Origin: Candidatus Brocadia sp.
GTDB lineage: Bacteria; Planctomycetota; Brocadiia; Brocadiales; Brocadiaceae
Direction of reading: 5' to 3'
NCBI GenBank assembly: GCA_021650915.1
Contig: CP091279.1
Location: forward strand, 1,920,001 to 1,952,000
Length of the DNA stretch: 32,000 bases
Positions 25,212 to 32,000 of the stretch are shown piece by piece. The notes beneath the pieces were generated by a model. It saw only the letters and a program-made list of their open reading frames with translations. It was not told the DNA's origin and ran no database searches. The translations under genes were made by a program, and so were the position numbers. Numbering within the stretch: position 1 is the stretch's first letter; the number at the start of each line of letters is the position of its first letter.

Positions 25212-26495
25212 TCAGAAATTATAACTCAGGCTAACACCAACCATATGTAAATCTGTTTCATACTTGCCATTTGCGCTGGTGGAAGCATTTAGTAAACCAT
25301 CAGAAGGGTTGTCATCTACAGAATTACTCTTACTCCTGCCTTCTAATAATTGATAAGCGTATGCCAGATCAATTTTAAAGTTCTTGATTTTTAGTGATGT
25401 GCCAAAAGTAAAAAGGTGTGTATTGGCATCCGGAACAACAGGGTCAAGGGTTTTGTCAGGTACCGGATTTCCTCCATATAAATAACCACCGAGCAGTGCA
25501 ATCCGGTCATTAAGTTGATACTTAGCGCCAAAATTTACAGAATAGGTATCCTTCCAGTCCTTTTCTGTAATAGATTTATTGCTGCCTGCAACCGGTTGAT
25601 CAAGGTCTAATTCTAATTCATCGTAAGAAGACCAGCCCTCCAGTCTCAAAGTGGTTTCTAACGTCAGACGATCGAAGCCTTTATAGCAGACGCCAACATG
25701 GGCTTGTTGTGGAAGAGTAAGATCCGCTTTGCCGTCGGTATCCGGAAATAATGCTCTGAGCGGCGAAGGGGTGCTGGAGGGAAGATCAAAATCTGAGTCA
25801 CCATCAATGTCGACCTTGATTTCACTTCGGTACGAAGCTCCTAACGAAATATCTTTCGTTACATCATATACAATACCAAAGTTATAACCGACGCCATTTC
25901 CATACCCATCGAATTCCTGGTTGGCGTCAGGCAGTCCAAAACCCGATAAATTTATCTTCTTTTCTAATGTTGTATCAAGGAAAAGAACGTCCACTCCCGC
26001 CGCAAGCGCTACATTGGGTAATAGTTGGTACGAAACAACGGGATTAATGTTAAAAGTTTTCATTTCTGATTTAGTTCCGATATACCTTCCCTCCCAATCA
26101 TCATCCCATGTAGTTGCTAAACCAAACGGGGTGAAGATTCCCAGGCCAGCGCTTATCTGCTCATTGAATTTGTGAGTAATATAAACTGTTGATGGATAAA
26201 ACATGCTGTCTTCTGTTTCATCGTCCACTCCTGTGATATCACTTTTGAATTCCCGTGAAGGGAAAATGAAGGTTGTTCCTGTTTCTATGTGTGTGCCTTC
26301 GAGTTTATTAATTAATGCCGGATTAAAAAAGACCGCTGATGGGCTATCCGTGTGCGCAATGACAGAATCTGCCTGTCCCAAAGCAGATGCCCCTTGAGTA
26401 AATATAGCAAAACCAGAGCTATAGGCATTCTGGAGAGTACAAAAGACGAGAAATAAAAAGGCGGCTATTTCTTTCCCTATTCTTTTTTGACACAT
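25212..26495 (-). CDS. FadL/TodX/OmpP1-family outer membrane transporter for hydrophobic compounds
   Basis: Signal peptide, then SSGFAIFTQGASALGQA, the NPA hatch motif (VFFNPALI), alternating beta-strand pattern and a terminal aromatic (...VGVSLSYNF). The likely start is ATG 26495, 7 nt after GGAGGA. The ORF is open to 26510. Confidence 0.8.
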   Translation of the reverse strand: MCQKRIGKEIAAFLFLVFCTLQNAYSSGFAIFTQGASALGQADSVIAHTDSPSAVFFNPALINKLEGTHIETGTTFIFPSREFKSDITGVDDETEDSMFYPSTVYITHKFNEQISAGLGIFTPFGLATTWDDDWEGRYIGTKSEMKTFNINPVVSYQLLPNVALAAGVDVLFLDTTLEKKINLSGFGLPDANQEFDGYGNGVGYNFGIVYDVTKDISLGASYRSEIKVDIDGDSDFDLPSSTPSPLRALFPDTDGKADLTLPQQAHVGVCYKGFDRLTLETTLRLEGWSSYDELELDLDQPVAGSNKSITEKDWKDTYSVNFGAKYQLNDRIALLGGYLYGGNPVPDKTLDPVVPDANTHLFTFGTSLKIKNFKIDLAYAYQLLEGRSKSNSVDDNPSDGLLNASTSANGKYETDLHMVGVSLSYNF

Positions 26496-27293
26496 GGCAA
26501 AATCCTCCATTAATCAATATATCGTCAAAGATTACGTATGGTTTAGTATAGGATTAACTCATATTCTTTCTCAGTCTCTGTCGAAATTCATTTTCAGTTA
26601 ATAACATTCGGAGGGCATCTTGAAGTCTCCTCATAAAGGTGATTGAAAAGTTTGAATACGATTGATTTGTTACAAGGGAGGGGGAATCGTAATGTGGTTG
26701 ATACCATAAATTGCTTTGAGAAGCAGACCAACTTAACAACCTCTTTTTTGGACTAGTGTCGTTCCAACAAAAAGGGAACTGAGAAGGAGGGTGATTCGTT
26801 ATTTGTTTTTTTATTGTTCAATGTCAAGATGCATTTCTGAATAAGCACAAAATATACCAATTACCAACAAGTCACTTATTACGTGAAAGACTATTTTTGA
26901 TATGCCTAATGAGGAATTTGCACAGGCTATGGATATTGTACATTTTCAAAAATTAATACCGCAGGCTGTATGTGATTGTGAGTATGTGCTTACGCGTGGC
27001 AACGTTTCTAAATCTTTTCTTTGGAAAGCTGTCGTTGCATCACGATGATACTTTCGATTTTTATAGATAATTTAGGATGTATCTGTAGAATAATTGCACA
27101 GTGAAAACAAATTTGTCTAAGGTTTGTAACAACCTTAATGGCTAATTTTAGCCGATTTATATCGAGAAAGGCGCTGGAAGGGATCTGCTGTCCGTTCATT
27201 CTTGCAAATCCAGAAACCAGGCGCATGTGTTTGACGACCCCAAGAAGAATCGTTTTGTCCAGTTTTATAGCTATCGCTTTCATTCAGAAGTTC

Positions 27294-28151
27294 TTATTTT
27301 GATCCTTGTGTAATTGGGTTATCAGGGTTCGTGATCCATTCACTCCATGAACCTGCATACAAGCGGGCATCAGCAAAACCTGCATGAGCAAGAGCAAGAA
27401 GGTTGTGGGCAGCAGTGACCCCGGAGCCACAATAAAAAACCACATGTTCAGGTGGTGTATCACCAAGTACATGCTGAAAGCGGATCTTCAAATCTATTGA
27501 TGTGAGAAAGAGACCGTCGGCATCTAAATTCCCGGTAAATGGTATTGACAACGCACCAGGAATATGACCAGCTACAGGATCTATCGTCTCATTCTCACCA
27601 CGATAGCGGTCAGCGCTGCGCGAGTCAATCAAACGAAAGTTCTGATTATGTAATATCTTTAAGACATCTTCGGAATTAAATACGAAATTGTTTCGAATTT
27701 TAGGGATAAAGCTCCTTTGCTTTCTTGTTTCAGCGCCGCCTGCTACAGGGCAATTATTTTTCTGCCATTGTGGCCACCCGCCGTTCAGAACGGCAACGGC
27801 GTCATGACCAAGCCATCGCAACATCCACCACAGCCTGGCCGCAGCCATTGCACCGCCCTTGTCGTCATAGGCTATCACTTGAACATTATCATCTATTCCC
27901 CAATTCGACAGGGTCCGGGCAAATGTCTTTGGTTCTGGCAAGGGATGGCGTCCGGTTTTGCCGGAAATAATATGACCGGATAAATCTTTGCTTAGATGGG
28001 CATAGATTGCACCGGGTATGTGGGCATCAAGATACTCCCGGTGACCGCGCTCGCTATCATCCAATGAAAAACGGCAATCAATGATCGTCCACCCTGGATT
28101 GGCAAGGTGATTAATCAATTCTGAAACAGCTATCAACGTATTGTAAGGCAT
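27294..28151 (-). CDS. sseA: 3-mercaptopyruvate/thiosulfate sulfurtransferase (tandem rhodanese)
   Basis: Two rhodanese domains. The active-site loop YCGSGVTAAH is the CG(S/T)GVTA signature of MST-type enzymes. HIPGA motifs occur in both halves. Confidence 0.8.
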   Translation of the reverse strand: MPYNTLIAVSELINHLANPGWTIIDCRFSLDDSERGHREYLDAHIPGAIYAHLSKDLSGHIISGKTGRHPLPEPKTFARTLSNWGIDDNVQVIAYDDKGGAMAAARLWWMLRWLGHDAVAVLNGGWPQWQKNNCPVAGGAETRKQRSFIPKIRNNFVFNSEDVLKILHNQNFRLIDSRSADRYRGENETIDPVAGHIPGALSIPFTGNLDADGLFLTSIDLKIRFQHVLGDTPPEHVVFYCGSGVTAAHNLLALAHAGFADARLYAGSWSEWITNPDNPITQGSK

Positions 28152-28185
28152 AAAGCTATCTCGTTCTGATACTTTTTTGTTTGCT

Positions 28186-28827
28186 TTATTTTAAATCGAA
28201 TTCCGTCGTGGCATGTGCGTCTGCTTTAACCTCAACCTGCTTGTCTTCCGCTTTGAACCGCTCATTCCACAACTTTAGGACGTACTTACCCTCCGGTACA
28301 TTCGCGATAGAAAATTTCCCTTCGTTATCGACCCGTGCGAAGAACGGATTTTGAAGGACCAGGACATAAGCCAGCATATCGACATGCACATTACACCGTA
28401 TGGAAGCGGTTCCTAATTTGCTGAAAGTGAACGGCCTCGTTTCGCCTTTGAGCCATGTCCCCAGGTTGAAGTTATCAGCAACGGTGTCCGGAGAATAGAC
28501 GTTATGTTGAACCAAGTCGCTGTTAAGAAAATCGACGGTAGTTCCCTTTACTACCGGAAGCACATGGGGAATAAAGGCCATGTTTTTCTGATCTATAACC
28601 GCGCGTTCTTTCGGAGGTTCAAAGACATTCGGCACATTTTCGATATAGACAATGGTATCCTTAAGATACTTGGCTTTTTTGGCCTTGACCGTTCCATTGA
28701 CAGAAGCCAAACCTTTTTCTTCTGCAAGCGTATCAAAAGTCAAACTTGATGCTATACAGCACGACACAATAAACAAAATAATCGGTGTCTTCAAAGATAC
28801 CCACACATTTCTCATAAAAATCCGCAT
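28186..28827 (-). CDS. Secreted cupredoxin (type-1 Cu site) fused to a carboxypeptidase-regulatory-like beta-sandwich
   Basis: Cu ligand pattern H (DLVQHNV) ... C-x2-H-x2-M (IRCNVHVDM). The C-terminal region reads DNEGKFSIANVPEGKYVLKLWN. A signal peptide follows Met43/Met47 (28827/28815). The ORF is open to 28953, but the first 42 aa look non-native. Confidence 0.65.
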   Translation of the reverse strand: MRIFMRNVWVSLKTPIILFIVSCCIASSLTFDTLAEEKGLASVNGTVKAKKAKYLKDTIVYIENVPNVFEPPKERAVIDQKNMAFIPHVLPVVKGTTVDFLNSDLVQHNVYSPDTVADNFNLGTWLKGETRPFTFSKLGTASIRCNVHVDMLAYVLVLQNPFFARVDNEGKFSIANVPEGKYVLKLWNERFKAEDKQVEVKADAHATTEFDLK

Positions 28828-28981
28828 AAATAAAAACGCTTGTCGTTCAACCGCACCTTTGACAAATTCCTTGCGCAGCACCGTCCACACTGAGGGTATC
28901 AAACTATTACAACGAAGTTTATGCCGTTCCTGAAAATTGAATTTTATGAACATAAACGAAAAACCTCCTCTTCAAAAAAGA

Positions 28982-30022
28982 TTATTTTTTATATACTAGT
29001 TCCAAAAAAAACAATAAGAAATACCCCACCAATAAAGCGAACCAACCAAAGGCAATAATGAATTCCAGGGTAGTCGAAAATGACATGGAAAACTTTTCGG
29101 ATATCATGCTATAAATATCCTCCAGGGCATCAAGCGTCTGATTAATATTTGTCCTCCATGCTTCCAAGTGAAGTTTTTTGGTTGTCAGATCAAACAACCG
29201 GGCGGAATACCAATCTCCAATGAGGTTAATATTGCGTTCTGTGGCTGCAAATTCTAAAATGGATTCCGTACGTATCTGGATTATCTCACGCATGGAATAT
29301 CGTATCTCCCGCGAACTGAGCCAGGGAATTCTTCGCAAGGTTGTCTCTTGTAAAAGTCGCGCAGCCTTTTCCAAACGATTTTCTAACTCGTGTTCCAATA
29401 CCCGTAATTTCAATAACTGAAGGTTGGCAATCTCGAAAAGCTCGATATTGCTGGCAAAATCACCACGCGGATCAAATACAAATGCCCCATCCCACTCTAC
29501 AATGGTTATATCGTCCTTTGAATATTTAATGTTAAATTTGAGGGTTGCATGAATCTCTTCTTCGTCCAATGGTATTCGTTCAGTCTTTAGTAACCCGGCA
29601 ATGCTCTCTTCATGTTCTGAAATAATGTCTTCCGGGTCACCACGGTAGTCAGACACACAGTGTACGCTGTATTCTTCGTCAAAATAAGGGTCACAATGAT
29701 ATTCCCACAAAATAGTCCTGCATTCAATAAGAAGACTCCGCTTAATATCAAAAACGTGCACACCTAAGATATCCTCCAAGTCAACAGATGCCTCGACGAT
29801 GATAATCCCCGGCGGGCAAAACTTGACCAAAAAATTTACTTCCCTCGACTCAAGGGTCTTTTTTTCTACCTTGACCACCATCTGCTTGGGAATAACGTCA
29901 GGATACGACGGAGAACTCTTTCCCTTTTTGATATCAACAATTTCTGACGTATCGATATTGAGTTCCGTAATTCCTACAAGGAAGGAAACCAAAGTTCCTT
30001 TGACCGCTGAATTGACACCCAC
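28982..30022 (-). CDS. RMD1/DUF155-like protein with C-terminal transmembrane helix
   Basis: The overall layout recalls DUF155. There is a central ...ITIVEWDGAFVFDP... segment and helical repeats (LFEIANLQLLKLRVLEHELENRL). The protein ends in STTLEFIIAFGWFALLVGYFLLFFLE. The likely GTG start at 30022 lies 6 nt after GAGGA. Confidence 0.45.
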   Translation of the reverse strand: MGVNSAVKGTLVSFLVGITELNIDTSEIVDIKKGKSSPSYPDVIPKQMVVKVEKKTLESREVNFLVKFCPPGIIIVEASVDLEDILGVHVFDIKRSLLIECRTILWEYHCDPYFDEEYSVHCVSDYRGDPEDIISEHEESIAGLLKTERIPLDEEEIHATLKFNIKYSKDDITIVEWDGAFVFDPRGDFASNIELFEIANLQLLKLRVLEHELENRLEKAARLLQETTLRRIPWLSSREIRYSMREIIQIRTESILEFAATERNINLIGDWYSARLFDLTTKKLHLEAWRTNINQTLDALEDIYSMISEKFSMSFSTTLEFIIAFGWFALLVGYFLLFFLELVYKK

Positions 30023-30108
30023 AGGCAATCCTCATTGAATTGTTAATTGTTTTCCGCTGAACATTATTCTTTGCATCCCGGGCGGGCAGTTTTTTGTCTG
30101 ACATCGCG

Positions 30109-31290
30109 CTAAAACAAGGTATAGCGGCACTCTAAAATGCCGCTCCATAGCTGGGGTGTCTGGCCAAGATGTTTCTTGATAATCGTCATGCATTTTTCTT
30201 CCGCTGCCTTTTTCGGGAGGTGGGAACGCATTTTTACATGCACCAGTTGTGGCTCTGTAATGGGCATCCCGATCTGACTTACCAGATAGCATTCTGCCCC
30301 AGGAATGTCCTGATCCTTCGCTATCTCGGCAGATATCTGGCCCGCAGTCAGATTATATAATTTACCGGTATGGGTAATCGGATTTTTCCCTGCAGTCGCT
30401 TCAAGGGTCATGGGGCGGTAAGGGGTAATCAAACCGTTGGCCCTGTTTCCCCTGCCAACCTGACCATCATCCCCACACTCGGCGCTGGTGCCGGTCACGG
30501 TTAAATAAACAACGTCTTTCTCATAATTGTCCGCGGCATTGATAGCAAGGGTGACTTTCCTCCTTGTCAATTTTTTCACAAAGGCCTGGATATATTCAAG
30601 GAGATTCGTTTTCGTGTTAAAGTACGCATCCTTTGATGAAATAAATTGTGAGATAAAAGCTATGGCAATCGTAAGTTTTATATGATCATTTACTCTGACG
30701 CCCATAATTTTAATATCCTCGCCAATCATGGGGTAGTCCCGTTTTACTTCTGTCGAATTTAAAAATTGTTCGGTGTGATAGACGAGGGACTCTGTTTCCG
30801 TCAGAGGTGAGAAACCAACGCCTATCGATGTATCATTTGCTAACGGAATCGAGCTGTCAAAGGTTGCCCGCAAATCGGCGCTGCCCGTTCTGATTTTTGT
30901 TTCAACAACGACATTTTTTTCTGGTTTCAGGAATCTTAGTCGCTCATTTAACCACCGGTTCGTTGTTTCTCTGGCAATTTCCTCCAAGGGTACCTTTTCA
31001 TTCCCTACTCTTTCCACTGCCCGGCCAACAATAATCAACTGTATCGGAGTTATCACCTCACCCCCGCCAAAACATACCTCGGAACGGCCACCCACGAGAA
31101 GGCATTTATCGATATTGTGGTGGAGTACTTTGCCAAATTTTTTGAGATAATATTGAGAGAATGCAATGCTCAATTCTTCAGCGGCACGATCACATAAGGT
31201 ATCCGGATGCCCTGTACCTTTGCGTTCAACAATCTCAATCATCGATTGCTGTGCAGATACGCCACCTATTTTTTCGATAATAATTTCCAT
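30109..31290 (-). CDS. Archaeal-type S-adenosylmethionine synthetase (methionine adenosyltransferase)
   Basis: 393 aa beginning ...IEIVERKGTGHPDTLCDRAAEELS..., followed by HHNIDKCLLVGG, TSIGVGFSPL and GTSAECGDDGQVGRGNRANGLITPYRPMTLEA. This is the archaeal MAT family pattern, not bacterial MetK. Confidence 0.85.
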   Translation of the reverse strand: MEIIIEKIGGVSAQQSMIEIVERKGTGHPDTLCDRAAEELSIAFSQYYLKKFGKVLHHNIDKCLLVGGRSEVCFGGGEVITPIQLIIVGRAVERVGNEKVPLEEIARETTNRWLNERLRFLKPEKNVVVETKIRTGSADLRATFDSSIPLANDTSIGVGFSPLTETESLVYHTEQFLNSTEVKRDYPMIGEDIKIMGVRVNDHIKLTIAIAFISQFISSKDAYFNTKTNLLEYIQAFVKKLTRRKVTLAINAADNYEKDVVYLTVTGTSAECGDDGQVGRGNRANGLITPYRPMTLEATAGKNPITHTGKLYNLTAGQISAEIAKDQDIPGAECYLVSQIGMPITEPQLVHVKMRSHLPKKAAEEKCMTIIKKHLGQTPQLWSGILECRYTLF

Positions 31291-31686
31291 GCTTTCTTGT
31301 CTGTTGGTATGCTTTGCATGAACGACCCCGCTACAATGCAGATGATTGCAAAAAAGGCATTGGTGCCATAGAGTGAAGAACCAAGACCACGGATAATCCC
31401 GATCCCGTCAATAAGGCCAAGATCCAAGGGGAATCTCGGCCTTATTGGGAACGGCCACAGCTCTTATCATTTACCCAATGGCCATCGATGAGAAGGAGGA
31501 TTCTTGAATTGCAATCATCAGAAAGGCGGAGAGAATATACATGCATTCCTTAAGCATGGTGCCGGTAAATGGTTGCGTTCACAAACTTTTTTATCTTGCC
31601 ATCGCGAGTAACAGTAAGCCAATTGCACGTCTTCATAAAGCAAGAAAACTCCCTTCGCAAAGACACGAGACACGCGAAACGCATTT

Positions 31687-32000
31687 TCACGGTTGCACAG
31701 GTTCACGCTCAGGGTATCTGACGCATAAAACGGGACATGAGGCTGTCCTGACGACCTTTTCTGCTGTACTCCCCAAAAGTGCATGAGAAATCCCCGTCCG
31801 GCCATGAGTAGCAATGGTAATTAAATCAATATCATATTTCTTGGCAGCCTTTATGATCTCCTGAAAGGGTGTTCCTCGTACAATAATGTTTTCGATCTTG
31901 ATCTTTTCAAGGAATCTTCTGGGTATCAGACGGTGGATATTCTTTTTTGCCTCCCGTTCCATATCAGCATAGAATTTTGATACCGGAAAGGTTGCTCCGC
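31687..32000 (-). CDS. Universal stress protein (UspA family), N-terminus beyond window edge
   Basis: The C-terminal Usp block reads DLITIATHGRTGISHALLGSTAEKVVRTASCPVLCV. The reading frame stays open to position 32000. Confidence 0.75.
   Translation of the reverse strand, partial: GATFPVSKFYADMEREAKKNIHRLIPRRFLEKIKIENIIVRGTPFQEIIKAAKKYDIDLITIATHGRTGISHALLGSTAEKVVRTASCPVLCVRYPEREPVQP

Noticed and set aside
27008-27283. 91-aa ORF starting 10 nt after the sseA stop
   Set aside because: Its I/K/L-rich composition mirrors the AT-rich DNA. There is no RBS and no recognisable motif. It is likely non-coding.
1-32000. CRISPR arrays, rRNA/tRNA genes, prophage or toxin-antitoxin/defence cassettes
   Set aside because: I saw no regularly spaced direct repeats, no cloverleaf-compatible sequences, no structural phage genes, and no paired small ORFs with TA-like features.

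Overview
Bacterial chromosomal window with moderate GC (low-to-mid 40s % by eye). The taxon cannot be assigned from sequence alone. About 30 credible genes are present, mostly housekeeping. They include folE, a TolC-family outer membrane protein, a tandem-hotdog acyl-CoA thioesterase, msrA, and two intact stand-alone CBS-pair proteins plus a disrupted membrane-anchored one. They also include a YkgJ-type Cys-cluster protein, gcvT-gcvH, a hemerythrin-like lipoprotein, hslV-hslU, a C26 glutamine amidotransferase, and a Fur-family regulator divergent from an RpoD-type sigma factor. The right end holds a SAM methyltransferase and a co-directional block of archaeal-type SAM synthetase / RMD1(DUF155)-like protein / cupredoxin / 3-mercaptopyruvate sulfurtransferase, ending in a partial UspA. 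Eroded mobile DNA is superimposed on this backbone. An ORF-less group II intron (3652-4369, minus) sits in the leader of the thioesterase gene. A ~170-bp foldback element lies in front of folE. A membrane CBS-pair gene is broken by a ~0.2-kb composite insertion plus a frameshift. An IS-like pseudogene is truncated by a 1527-bp element with perfect 51-bp inverted termini, whose only ORF is an in-frame DUF4338::IS66-transposase-C-terminus chimera. The best candidate for an uncharacterised functional module is the minus-strand operon at 26510-21104: FadL/TodX-family porin -> 699-aa double-PilZ protein with an unassigned ~370-aa C-terminal domain -> V4R-like/GAF/HD-GYP phosphodiesterase. I found no CRISPR array, no rRNA or tRNA gene and no recognisable defence system. 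All family assignments come from motif recognition by eye and need profile searches to confirm.
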